The translations under genes and the position numbers were made by a program. A stretch of 63,960 nucleotides of DNA, the filler included, from Psammoneis japonica (Eukaryota), in NCBI GenBank assembly GCA_008632985.1. It is 7 parts of 7 records of this genome, joined end to end, with 100 filler letters (N's around TTAATTAATTAA, not from the genome) between each part and the next. Parts side by side here need not be neighbours in the genome. Positions count along the whole stretch, not along the records: positions 49,967 to 53,183 come from QPGO01000021.1; positions 53,284 to 55,219 come from QPGO01000030.1; positions 55,320 to 61,185 come from QPGO01000034.1; positions 61,286 to 62,528 come from QPGO01000036.1; 3 more parts are not named here. One strand, given 5' to 3'. Positions within the stretch are counted from its first letter, which is position 1. Every line of letters starts with the position of its first letter. This document shows positions 49,967-62,628 of the stretch, in pieces. Below the pieces are notes generated by a model. The model searched no databases, had not been told where the DNA came from, and was given only the letters and a program-made list of their open reading frames with translations.

Positions 49967-50465
49967 TCGCCACCTTTCGTCCACGCGTCGGTCAATATGC
50001 GACGAAACCTTGAGACGGGAAAAGAGTGCAAGTGCATTCGTCACTCTTGAAAAAGGGGCACGGAAGTTCTCCAACGCCACTTTGTTGGTTCGCGTCTTCA
50101 TTTTTTGATTGAATCGCGCAATAAGATCCACCGACTTTCACCGCATTTGACACGTAATTGTTGAAGCACTCGATGCAGAACGAATGCCGGGATTTGCCGA
50201 TGCATTCTACGGTCTCTTGTTTGGGTTGCCTGTCGCCGCAAGTGACACATGCTGTAAAAGACATCTTTGTACACTTACTGTTGTCGTCACTATTTTTGCT
50301 ACTAGTTGTCTTTTTAATGGATGGAAACGCCTTTAACCCAATAAAGCATTCGGAGCAGAACGCTTGGTCCCGCCCTCGCGGACCGTGATACGTCACAGCC
50401 GCTGGCTCTGAGCAAACGGAGCATAAAGCTGTTGTGACGCTCATCGTCGTAGATATTGCCGTCAT
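49967..50465 (-). CDS. Zinc-finger/RING (RBR RING1-like) protein, 3'-truncated by the contig end
   Basis: CSVC..CSEC, then CVTC..C..HSFCIECF..LPCP; normal TA content. Confidence 0.6.
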
Positions 50466-51266
50466 GATGACTACGATACAAGTCACGTTGTTTAATGGCT
50501 GAGTGCTTTTTGTGGCTTTGTAGATGTAAGTTACGCAACGAAACGTGCACTTTTTGTGACGAGGAGTCAGTCGTACCGGCACATCAGAAGCACGACTCAG
50601 AATGATGTCATGTCGGCATTTTTGTGCATGCGGCTCATTACCTTAACTTTTTCCGTACCCACGCGGTTTCGCGCGATTGCCCTATTTAAACAAAATTTTC
50701 AATTATGAAGAATACCAACATAAATAACAAAACTTTTCTATTCAAATAAATACAAATAAATGTGTGCTGTTTCGACCGTGACAGTTTTGTCTAATGGCAT
50801 TACAAGCCCTAGGACAGACTTTGGACCTGTATATTGGACAATTGCGAAGAGATCCGTGCCCGGAATACATCTGAATGGACTAGGGCAATAGAGTGCAAAA
50901 AAGTGACGGACAGACGCATGCATACTGGGGACGTATGTACCGGTAGACACCATGGAAGAGTGACTTTTGGCGATAATTTCCGAAATCTTCGGTCCTATTC
51001 AAAGTTTTGCATGTTATGCATAGGTTTTGTCAGCAGGGCTGTGCACCCTGCTTCATAAGTGTCTAAACTAAATGTCTATGGGTCGAAATGTGTTAAGCCG
51101 AGTCATTCTTCTGAAGCTGCTGACAAAGAGGAAAGGCAACATTTTCTATTCAAATAATATAACACCAGGAAATATGTGATTAAATATATAAATAATAATG
51201 AAATAACAATTACACTTGAGTTAATTAGAGAAAATACCGGGACAAAAAATTTTGTCCCGCGGGCAC

Positions 51267-52801
51267 CTAAAAAGTTAAACTGCCCAGGGCCCTCTCTCTG
51301 TTAAAGAGCAGCCAGCGGTGGCCTCTGTCCAAGGTCAGAAATCTCACTTCATCATTGCTGGATGAGAACCGAGAACCAAGAAAGTCCAAGCCCCCCATCA
51401 GCGGCTGAGCTGTCTTCCATTTTGTGCCGCACAAAGAAGTTTTGACTGGCCTTTCGTGCACAGCATGAGTGCCATTTGCGTGACCCATGCGTTGTGCGAC
51501 AACCAAAATGATCACACAGTCAAGCTGGTGCATCGGGGGGGGGGGCGAATTTGGAATCCCCCACCGGCTGATGAGCAGATCACTGTCTGGGAAAAAGGTG
51601 TGTGAGGAGTGTGAGCACGCAAATTTGTTTGTGACAAATCAGTCCAACTTGTCACAAATCACACCTGTTCGTGACAAATGGATGTGATTTGAAACAACAA
51701 ACGTCTTTTGCTTCCCAATGAACATCCAAGTTTGCAAATCAAGAGCAGGCCAACTTGGCAAATTTGGCACGAATCAGCAAGTTGATGCCAACAAAGCACT
51801 CCATTTGATGTTTGCAGTCAACTGCTGACTGAGAATTGATTGGCTGACTGATGTTTTTAAATGACTGATTTGTGATGTGCTGCTGCAACTCATTTTCAAT
51901 CTGTCGTCTAAAATGCAGTTCTACAGTGGGGCACTGCCATGTGATCTGCCATCGAACAATGCAGCTGCTGCCATTTGTTTTTTGTCCACTGAGCTGCTGT
52001 CAACCACCAAGCTGCCATCAACTCCAGTTTGCGTGTCTTTGCACAGTTTGCCATGTGGTCTCCCTCATCATCCAGTTCATTGAGTTCTTCTTCCACTTCT
52101 TTTCTGTGGTTTTCCAGAGTCATCCTCCCACTGTGCAGCTGTCCTCCCATTGGCCAAGCCACCCATTCTCAACCTCTTGTTTGATGTCCATGCAATCCTT
52201 CCTTGAAGAAGTTGTTTGCCCTTGGTGACCCCCTTTGCTCTTTCTTGGCATCTTTCATCACTGCTTCCCACTGCCTGCACCTTCCTCCATTGCATTTGAG
52301 TGGCCAAACATGAAGTGCTTGAGCCATCTCATGTGCACTGTCTTTTTTTTATGAGTTCCTTGCTGGGTGGTCCCCTGTGGTGGTCGAGCTCATTCATGAC
52401 TTCTGTCAAAGCAAACAGCCAGTCCTTTGTTTTCTGGAGGGAGAAGCACCAGAGCCAGAACTCAATGTCAAAGAAGAGGATCAGACTTGGGGATTCAAAA
52501 AGTCTGAGTTGGGAGTGAATGGCTGAGGGTGGGCTGGGGAACAGAGGATTGGCTGTGAAATGAATCAGGTTGAGGGAGAGCTTTTGCCACCCAGATGATC
52601 AGTGTTGATGCCATGTTTTGAGCAGGATGTGATGAGAAAAGCACATCAGTTTCTAAAAGTTGTGGTTCTCCATTGTCAGTCTGCAAGTTTGGGGTGCTGC
52701 TTTTTCCTCTCTTTGCTGAACCATCAACTCTGTGGCACACCCAGTGCAGATGCTGGCAGCTCAAATTGATTCTCACTTTTGGTTTGAACAGCCCCAATTT
52801 T

Positions 52802-52832
<31 letters not shown>

Positions 52833-53183
52833 GCCAGACAGCAGAGTGATGAGAAGACTGGAGCTGAAACAAACACTGAACTGCTGCCCAACCTGAAGGG
52901 GAAAGAGGGCGGGAGGGTGCTTCAGACAGCCAAGTTGCCTTTCCCACATGATTTCTCATGGGTGGCATGCCTGCACACACACCCCTCATGGAGGAGTCAC
53001 CAGCCCATCTCCCCTGCCTCCATTCTCCTCCATTCCAGTTTTGCACAGGTGTGGCAAGTGGGTGAGGGAGCTTCTCTTCTTGACAAGAAACAGTCTGGCT
53101 GTTGTGTGCTGTGTGTCAACAGAATCCAGCAATCTGCTTGGCTCCAGTGCTCTCACTGTGTGTGCATGGCAGACAACAGAGTG
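51267..53183. mobile_element. Unclassified TA/CG-depleted repeat, preceded by hairpin gggacaaaaaattttgtccc (51239-51258); contains (CT)14 at 52804-52831
   Basis: Abrupt switch from TA-rich to TA-free sequence. Confidence 0.55.
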
Positions 53184-53283
53184 NNNNNNNNNNNNNNNNN
53201 NNNNNNNNNNNNNNNNNNNNNNNNNNNTTAATTAATTAANNNNNNNNNNNNNNNNNNNNNNNNNNNNNNNNNNNNNNNNNNNN

Positions 53284-55219
53284 ATCTGAAGGCAAGGTTC
53301 AAAAAGAGAGAAGAGGACGCTCGAATCGAAGTAAGGATCAGAAGAGTTCATCCCGCATGTTGTAAGGAAAGCTTACAGAACTCACTTTGTTGCTCTTGCG
53401 CGCTTTTCTGCTGTAGGCAGAGAAGAAGGTAACGGTCAAGTACTCTGTACACCGACCAATTGGGCGAGTCGAAGTGGCGGTGTACCGAGGAAGAAATATC
53501 AGATCGAGAGACCTCGGTTTGACTGGTAGCGTTGGTTGCCGGGTTTATTGGGATCCACTCAGATACCAGAATGACGCTGCCAAGGAAGTAGTGGTTACAT
53601 ATGATAAGGCGGCTAGCAGGACACATGACATTGCATTCACAAACTACCAGTATTCGCAGAATCCAGTTTGGGATGAATTCACAGAGAGCAACGAGACAAG
53701 ACGTCTGAAACAGCTTCTTCCCGACGATGGCTTGTTTTTTGAAAGAGAAAAACCAAGGTTGAGCCATTCAACCAAAGTAACTGGCGACACGGTCCATTTC
53801 CCTGTGTTGCAGCCAATCACGGCTGTCCGGAAAGCCAAACTTGCCGGCGGAAGCGAAGCACCTGAGGGAAGCTTAAGCGTAGACGCTTGGAATCGCTCTG
53901 GCGGCGCCGTCGTTGTGCAAGTAAATTTTCGCGACGTTCTAAACAAACTGCCTGGCTTCGATGATACGCTGGGCGAGGTTTCTATTCCTTTAAGGCAGCT
54001 CGTAGAAAAAGGAGAGATTCAGGGCTGGTACCACATCCTTGATACGGGCAGTACTGACACTGTTGTTGGCGACTACAAAGGCGAGCAGGACACCGCGTTT
54101 CCCGGGGATCCGTCTACATATAGCGACAGGATTGCGAAGGATGAGATTTCTGCAAAAGCCACAACAGAATATCCGCAGTTGTACCTGAAAATGAGATGGG
54201 ACCCGCCGATCGCCGAGGTCTCAGACACGGATCGCGAAGCGTCAGTTGTCGTTGCGGAAGAGTTGATTCGGTCCGCGGTAAACTCCAGGGATAAAATGGA
54301 TTTCATTGGAAGCTCAATTGGTGCGATCAATACTGTATGGGGGTTGGGCGGAAATGTCCAGTTTATCCAAAACACTCTCGGTACAATCTTGGACGCTATT
54401 GAGAAGATTCGAAACGCATTCAATTTTTCGGTAAGTTAAGATTGAATTGATCTGAGGCACCATCGATTGAAATTGTTCTCATTTTATGTAATTGCTTTGA
54501 TTATAGGATCCGATCAAGTCTTCGATTTTGCTTCTTGCCTTGTTTGCGCTATGGTTGTTTTTGGCTCTAGTGCCCACGAGAGCATTGGTTCTGGTTGCGG
54601 GGTCGGTAAGTGGGAGGCCTCGCTTGTGAGAATCTTTTCATGTTTATTCTTTTCACATCTGACGATACGCCCCGGCAATGTTCGAAGGCTCAATACATTG
54701 CTACATTTATTGCAGCGTACGGCCCTTCGTCAAAAGCTGGCGACGCTTCAGAGAGAAAATCAGACGAAGAGGAAAGCGATGGCAAGAACGATGGTGATGG
54801 CCCTTTATTTCTGACTTGGATATCGAACGCTTTCAGATCACTGCCAACCGACGAAGATCTTCGAAGGACGTATTTCTGGGAAAGTTGCAGGCTTGGCGAA
54901 CGTGAAAGCCAGATACTTGTAAGTTTATTCTGATGCAGCGATATGAAAATGATCTCTACTATGCAGTGGAATCTCAAACCAACTTGTCTCTGTGACATCG
55001 TAATATGCGATAGGCTACCAAGAAGCGAGAGTCGCGGTTGCGTCGATTATGGAAAGCCGAATGGTATGGCTCACTTAAGATCAAGGTCAATAGTAGCAAA
55101 GGTCCTCATTTAGAAGGTCGTGGTTGGGAGTGGGTGACAGCATTTGCAATGGTCCAAGGCCGACGATTGTTGTGGTGGCGCGGTGTCTACGATTTCGACA
55201 ATGGCGAAGCCCCTTTAGG
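53284..55219 (+). CDS. Internal fragment of a C2-domain / PRT_C (MCTP-like) membrane protein; four introns (~53332-53416, 54431-54506, 54605-54688, 54919-55013)
   Basis: AVYRGRNI..DDTLGEVSIPL..GWYHI (C2). IQNTLG..EKIRNAFNFS|DPIKSSILL.. and FRSLPTDEDL (PRT_C-like). Confidence 0.75.
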
Positions 55220-55319
55220 NNNNNNNNNNNNNNNNNNNNNNNNNNNNNNNNNNNNNNNNNNNNTTAATTAATTAANNNNNNNNNNNNNNNNNNNNNNNNN
55301 NNNNNNNNNNNNNNNNNNN

Positions 55320-58060
55320 AAGTCTCTTTGTTGTGTTGTCTGGACAAGCAGTCAGACCAGGGACGCGGTTGTTGCTCAACAAATGACATGCCACAAACTC
55401 TGGGTTTGTCCAGCATTTAGTGCAATGAGGGCAATGCGCGAACATGCCGTTTTTTGATTTCTGACCGTGCTTGTGCCTTGGGCATCGAAGCTGCTGATTG
55501 CTGACCATTTTAGGCACAGCACGACAGGCAAGATTAACAGTGCAATCATGATCAAAAGTCTCTATGATGGACAGTCGAGTGCAATCCTCGCTGCACATCA
55601 ACCCAGTTGTGCAGATCCGACTGGTCAGTTTGGATGGTGTTCTTTTACCATCACGCCTAAAATCTCCATTGTCAGAATGCAGATTGTCTCTTGCTGTGTT
55701 TGTGTCTTCAAACCATGCCTGAATGTGACCGTGCACCGAGAGTCTGCCTTGTTCTTCCATTGCAGCTATGAAAGCGGAGGGTCTCCCTGTGTAGAATTCA
55801 AAATCTTCTCTGGGTGAATTCCTTTTTAAGTCCCATCCTGTCACTTCTTCCATGACGATTTCCAACAACATTTCGAATGCAAAAGCCATGACACCCGGGT
55901 GCTCCACACGAAGCTCGTTTCTTGCCTTGGCCTTTTCGGTCAATTCTTCATCCGACATTTCTGTCACATCTCTGCCTTCGTCGATGAGCATGTCCGCATA
56001 AATTTGAACTAAAAAGGAGCTAGCATCATCGGGGCTTGTCGTTAAAAATGCTCCAGGTTGTCCAAAGTGGTGTTGGCAGGTTTCAGCATTTCTTCTCATT
56101 TTTTTTGCTGCTTCATTTGCATGTGGAATAGATGCCGACACCACATCCACTGCACTTAAGAAACGATGTCCCAATGCGCAATTCCTGCATTCACCGGTCT
56201 GTCTGTCACATGTGGCACGGTCGACATCGTCTTGTGTCAGTTCATTTGAGAATTGTCTGGCTTGATTTTTGTCTCTTACTTTCCATCCAGCACTGTGCAC
56301 CATTCGTTGCTTCACAGTCAGATTGCACAGGGTCAGAACAAAGAGTTGCTTGTGGAAATGGGGCTGAGAAATGCGGGCCAAGTGATCTGCGCAATGTGCT
56401 AGATTTGTGCAGTCGCGAGACTCCCGTCTTCTTTCATTCTTGTTTCATTAACACCGCCACGCCCACAAGGAAATTGCAGCAAGCAAGCATTTGCCAGGTT
56501 GTCATCCTTAAAGTCACTGACTGATTCTTTCAAAAGGTCAGCTTTGAATTCAATGTCAAAACCGCTTGCAGCTGCATCGTGCACCAAGTCTTTGAAGCTG
56601 TCTAAATTGCGTTGTCCACCAGTTGTTGAAGAAACGGTGCCATCGGGGAAACAAACACTGCAGGACTCCGTGGTTTCAATGTTTGCATTTTCGCTTTCGT
56701 CTGAACTGCTGTTGTCCACTAAAACTGGATTCTGCAAATTACTTCGCACTTCCTCTAGATCGATGTCTTGATTCATCCAATTCTTGTGGTGATGGACAAG
56801 CCATTCTAGTGCTCTCATCACATGGTGAGTCCTGATTTTGTTCTTTTGTCTGGCCATTCGCCTTTGCTCTGGTGTCATTTTGCCGGATGCCAACACAACC
56901 ACATTTTGATGAAGGTTCAACACGTCAAAGTGCATGATGGTGCGGGCGATGCTCTTTGTGTTTATCTTGCAATGGGAAAGACTGCCTTGCAGTTTCTTCT
57001 GTTTGCCGCCGACAAAACTGAAGCAGCAGCCACATGTTTTCACAGGTGTCAACAAAGCCAGTTCTGCTTCGGCAAGACACGATAATTCAGGTGGTGGTGT
57101 TCCAAAACAGCAATTGTTTGCTGTTGCGCATGGAGGCATAGAAGCAGTGCAGAGACTTCTTTTACAAGGCCTGCAACAAGTGAATCCTTCAGACCTTCTG
57201 TTGTCGTTCGGAACAATGCATCGAGCTCTTGGCGAAAGTGACAGGTCGGAAATCCATCAGCAATCCCGTGGAACATGGTCGTCATCGATGCGATGACAAT
57301 CGTGCAGGTCTTCCGACACTTGGTTCCATTCAGATGGAGTTAACAGGTGTCTGGCTTCATTCAATCTGTTGACAGAAAGTCGAGCAGTCTGAGACGGTTT
57401 TAACAATCTGTCACACACCAAACAAACCCAAGGGACGCACTCGTTTCCATTCCTGCAACAAAGCTTCTCAAAACGTCTGTTCACATTGTCTCGGTGCCTG
57501 GTGTTGCTGTCATCCACAAGACAGCTTGTAACGGCAGGCTCACACTGCGCAAAGATGAGTTGAACCAACAACGCAGCAACAGGTGCACACCAGATAACAC
57601 GACGACCCATGAGACTTGCAATGAGAATGATCTGAGTAAAGTCAATATGATCAATAGATGGCAGATGATCCCACCTGCAACTGGTGTTCCCAGTCACTGC
57701 AGGGTCCACTTCCAGTGTTTTCTGGACTCAGCAGACGAGTGTGTGTAACAAATCTTCAGTGTGTCAAGAGTGCAATGAACAAAAATGAATGTGAAATGAC
57801 AAATCTGCAACCGGTGTTTCCCGGTCTCTGCAGACTCTGCGACCAGTGTGTTCTGGTCCCCGCAGATGTTGTCTCAGCTGCAACTGGTGATGCTTTGTGT
57901 CGAGATGGCTGGAGAGTCTTCCTTTGTAAAAGTTCAGATCTCATGAAAAATGAGGGTTGAAGCAAACTTCCGTGCATGATTGACGGACCCGACACGTTGT
58001 AGATCGTTCGTCTCGATTTGCTTGACACGTCATCGTTCGCTCGTGCGTTCTGCATTGGGA
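55320..58060 (-). mobile_element. Helitron-like Rep-helicase gene, N-terminal part, frameshifted and TA-depleted
   Basis: VCLVCD, PPPELSCL.EAE, VMRALEWL, LQFPCGRGG (=FPYG), FGQPGAFLTTSPDD and EEQGRLSVHGHIQAW (HUH motif). Confidence 0.85.
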
Positions 58061-58599
58061 TGCACTGCTGACAGCAGCGGCATCACACCGGTGAGGTTAT
58101 GAACGTCAGCGGAAACACATCTTGTGGAAGTTCAATGTGCGATGATGCATCTCGTAGTTGAAGTCGGTTCCACCCACTACGACTGTACGACGTTTGTACG
58201 ACCACGACGCCTCACATCTCGATCCACTGCCAAGTGCAACAGATGTGTGTTGTTGCAGTGTATCCTTGTGATCGGCACGTTCCTTTCATCCCACTTGTGA
58301 ATCATGTCGTCTTGCAGTGCATGTACTGACATTGAACCATTCGAGTGAAAAGATTCCAAATTTTAGAAAGATTTCCAGCCACACCTTTCTTTCGTACAAT
58401 TTTACGTAGCCCATCACACTGGTCCTTCTTTCCCACGTCTCACAGTGGAAATTGTGCGTGACATGAGTGACGCACCTGCACGACCGTCACTGGGCCTACA
58501 CGACCGCTGCTGTGTTAGCTCTTCGTGGGAGCTCAGTGACTGGTGACCTTGTTTTTGGCTCACAATTTTGTGCTGATCAACAACGTAAGACTTTGTAAG

Positions 58600-59469
58600 A
58601 TGGCCCATAAAACGCGAGGTTCTGCCAAGAAGTTGGACGCTTCTCCAACCAAGAAACAGCAGTCTCCCGTCAAGTTTTCTGCTTCCCTCATGAAAAAAAT
58701 TACCCCTGCCAAGACCGTTGGTCTCAATGATGAAGACATGAAGGCCGAAGATTTGTTGGCCAAGACGGGCATCAAGGTTGCGAAGGTGTCTGGTGGCACA
58801 GCAAGCGACACTGCCAGCAAGGATGCTAATTTACGAGTGGCCAAGATCACCGAAGGCAACAAGCAAGGCTTGGCATTCCGTTTGGAGCCCAGGGGGACAG
58901 GCAACCCCTCCGGTGCATGGGCAGAGAAAGTGTTTTTTGATGCCATGCGCTCAGGCAAGTCTTGGGTTGCCAATTCAGGGTTTGTGCCGCACACCAAGCA
59001 GTGGTGCCATGACAATGTGTCGATGAAGAATGGAAGGGATTGCTCCATTCGTCTCTTCGTGATTTACATCGAGGAGACCCCGTCCGATGAACAAGTCAAG
59101 ATGTTGGCCAAGTGCGTTGCTGCCAAGTTGAGCAACGACCCGGACAACAACACTGCCGCTCACATTGAGGACGACTGCATCTGGATCCAGGATGGTGTGT
59201 GGGCCGATGTGATTGGCAACGACCAGGCTTTAACGGAACTCCGTAAGGAGGGTGGTGACTTCCACTTAGGATGGCACGAGCAGCACAAGAACTTGCTTCA
59301 CAGTTGCCTTCGAACGGGAACCTTGCCCATGGATTTCTGCCGCGTGATTGGTGCTCCAGCAGACGAAGCGGCTGAGGATCTTGATGAGGAAGATGGGGTG
59401 TTGCACGATGACCAGATGTCTGATGACGAGGAGAACGACTTGCTGCTTTGCGACACCGACGAGAACTGA
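58600..59469 (+). CDS. Unknown protein divergent from the Helitron Rep gene; probable Helitron accessory gene, partly TA-depleted
   Basis: Open 289-codon frame with a basic N-terminus, acidic tail and only one Tyr. Confidence 0.55.
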   Translation: MAHKTRGSAKKLDASPTKKQQSPVKFSASLMKKITPAKTVGLNDEDMKAEDLLAKTGIKVAKVSGGTASDTASKDANLRVAKITEGNKQGLAFRLEPRGTGNPSGAWAEKVFFDAMRSGKSWVANSGFVPHTKQWCHDNVSMKNGRDCSIRLFVIYIEETPSDEQVKMLAKCVAAKLSNDPDNNTAAHIEDDCIWIQDGVWADVIGNDQALTELRKEGGDFHLGWHEQHKNLLHSCLRTGTLPMDFCRVIGAPADEAAEDLDEEDGVLHDDQMSDDEENDLLLCDTDEN

Positions 59470-60585
59470 GAAGTTTTTCCCCGGTCTGGCCTCCGCTCTT
59501 TAGTGCGTTGTACAGCATGTAAATGTTTAGTCCATTTAATCAAACATTTTTTTATTTACTTGACAAGTGAGACTTGCATTGCGCGCGACTGTGGCAAATC
59601 GTGCACATTTAAATTATGCATTTGTCAGTCATTGAATGCTGCATTCGCAGCCGGCTCGTTTTCTGCATGATTTCAAAATCAATTGGCATTCGTGTCTTAA
59701 TCATTGTGTGTGTCTCTTTTCTGACAGTGATTTCAAAATGTCATGTGTTTGGCCTGCCTGACTTGCATTTCCGGTTGTTTCCGCAAAGTCTGCTTTTCAA
59801 ACTTTGTGCCAGTGCACACAATTCACCAAATGAGACTGCGTCACCAATGCACGGCCTCAGCATGGTAGTGAGTTAGTGATGAAGCCATCCCACTAAGAGA
59901 CCCAGCCCGGTGTTCATGCCTCAGACCCATCTCCTCTGGAGACCAGTCCACTGTGGCACCAGTGTCGCGGTTGATCTCATTGGGTCACTTTTTGCTGCTC
60001 CTTGCCGATTGTAGGGTGCCGATTGTGAGGTGCGCGGNNNNNNNNNNNNNNNNNNNNNNNNNNNNNNNNNNNNNNNNNNNNNNNNNNNNNNNNNNNNNNN
60101 NNNNNNNNNNNNNNNNNNNNNNNNNNNNNNNNNNNNNNNNNNNNNNNNNNNNNNNNNNNNNNNNNNNNNNNNNNNNNNNNNNNNNNNNNNNNNNNNNNNN
60201 NNNNNNNNNNNNNNNNNNNNNNNNNNNNNNNNNNNNNNNNNNNNNNNNNNNNNNNNNNNNNNNNNNNNNNNNNNNNNNNNNNNNNNNNNNNNNNNNNNNN
60301 NNNNNNNNNNNNNNNNNNNNNNNNNNNNNNNNNNNNNNNNTGGGGTGCAGGGCACAGCAATTGCAGGGTGCGGTGAGAACCGCACAACTCACCGGCACCA
60401 TGAAAATGTGATGTGTCAACACGGCAAGGGATGCTGATGAAGTGGTCCCACATGAGGACCCAGCACACTGTGCCTTTCCCTGTCGTGTGTGTTTTGAGTG
60501 TGCAGCAGCATTGCCGCATGCTGCAGTTGTGGCCGTTGCTGCCGGAGGCTGGGAAAATTTTCTTTTTTTTTGAACAAATCCCCCC

Positions 60586-60869
60586 AACATGTGATGCGTG
60601 CAAATCCTGCATGTCGTTCCTCATGGCCCCTGTCAATGGCTTGTTCGTTCGTGTGTGCAACACACATGCGGAGTGCAACAGGGAAAAGATTCCTCTGTGC
60701 GGTGTGCAGCACAGCATTGGTTTAACATGTGACACAGCACTGTGCTGTGCGTGCAAATCCTGCAGGTCGTTCCTCACAACCCCTGTCAATGGCTCATTCG
60801 TTCATGCACACAAGACACACACGGAGTGCAACAGGGAAAAGATTCATGCGGTGTGCCACAGCATTGGTT
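60586..60869. repeat. Two-copy ~150-bp tandem repeat
   Basis: gcgtgcaaatcctgca..gagtgcaacagggaaaagattc..cacagcattggtt at 60596 and 60749. Confidence 0.9.
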
Positions 60870-61285
60870 GATGCACGACACTGGATGAAAAAAAAAACAG
60901 CACCATAAGATGTGCCATGAGTCACCCCAATCAGTCCGGCAAAGACAACACCACCCTTGCGTTGCTTGGGAAAACGGTCGCTGTGAAAACAAGCTCCAAT
61001 TGTGGGGGTGGCTTCATTCACACCTGCAAGGCTCAGACGCCTTCTTCGTCGAGAGTTGCGGCACTGGCACATTTGACAAACAGAGAACCCGCAGCTAACG
61101 AAGGCAAGTGGTCTGCTGAAAAGATGATGCATCGAGCCAACAAAAAGGCTGCAAAGATCGAAAGTCTAGAAGAACTGCCTGCACANNNNNNNNNNNNNNN
61201 NNNNNNNNNNNNNNNNNNNNNNNNNNNNNTTAATTAATTAANNNNNNNNNNNNNNNNNNNNNNNNNNNNNNNNNNNNNNNNNNNN

Positions 61286-62528
61286 CCAAATTTGTTGTGA
61301 TTGCTGCTGCTTGTTGTCATGCAGACAATCTTGTGACATGCTCTTCTTTGCCTTTTTGCAACCCCGAGGCAGGCCCCAGACAACCAGCTGTGAAGGGGCG
61401 CGCTCTTCATTTTCTTTGCATGAATGAGTGGTTTCACCACACCAGCGTCATTTGAGCAAGCTGCAAAAAGGCATTCTCAAAAATCAAAAAGACAAACAAA
61501 CACCCAATTGTTAAAATTTCTTTGCCACTTTTGATGACAACCCCAACCCCAACCCCAATTTAAGAGCAACAAGTGAGCTGAAGAAAAAACAAATTTTAAT
61601 TTTAAAACGATTGGTTGACACTGAGTCTTGCACCCACAAATTAAAAAAAACCAATTGCAAGTGCAGGTCAAAATTTAAAAAATTAATTTTTGCATCACTG
61701 AAAAATGGGTTAAAACAACAAAAAACAAAGAAATTCCATCGACCTCGCACTGCTGAACTGTGACATCAACAGTTTTTTGGATCGCGTCGCATGTCGCGCA
61801 CGTGCATTTCCACGTGTGACATTCTACGAAATTGTTTCATGCTCCCTGTTTTGCAAAGCCAAAGGCTTTCTATTTTCAACATTTGTGAGAATGAAAATGC
61901 ACTGGGTGTGTTCTTTAATGTCTGAAGAACACACCCGGGCAAACTGTCAATGGTGTGCTGCAAGCATGAAGGAGGAGATGCATTCGCAAAATTGCCTCTT
62001 TTTCTGTTGGCGATCACACCCATTTTCATTGCAGCACAAATTTGCTGCAGAGCTTGCACGCAGAATTCTGTGGGCCCAATGTCACACGGAGTCCCACTTG
62101 GGACTGGAACCCATCTGCAGCTGCCTTGCAGTGGGAGCAGAGCAACAGCACGAGCTGTGCACACAGCTGACTGGTGGGTGCAAGCAGCGCTGAAACCATC
62201 TCCACTCTGCTTTGATGAGTGTCCAGTTTTTTTTTTGAGGTGGATGGCACTTTTTTCCTGGGGTCAGCATGCACCGCAGTAAAATCTTGCTGCTTCTGCT
62301 GAAAGAAAATCACCCCTGTCCTTCAATGATGCTTGTTTGAACAGAATCAAGCCAGCTCTGGTTTTTGCTGCCAAACCAGCAACTTTGTCAGCCAGCTGGT
62401 TGTGATGGCATGCTTTTGCATGGCGCAACCATCCCAGCCTCAGAGCAAGTGTTGGGAGGCAAGTGCACAAGCACCTTGGAGCGGTGGCCAACAATGCAGC
62501 TGCTGCACTTGCAGTTGTTGCCCACATC
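61286..62528. mobile_element. Unclassified TA-depleted repeat contig
   Basis: Remaining TA is almost only in TTAA-type runs. Confidence 0.5.
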
Positions 62529-62628
62529 NNNNNNNNNNNNNNNNNNNNNNNNNNNNNNNNNNNNNNNNNNNNTTAATTAATTAANNNNNNNNNNNNNNNN
62601 NNNNNNNNNNNNNNNNNNNNNNNNNNNN

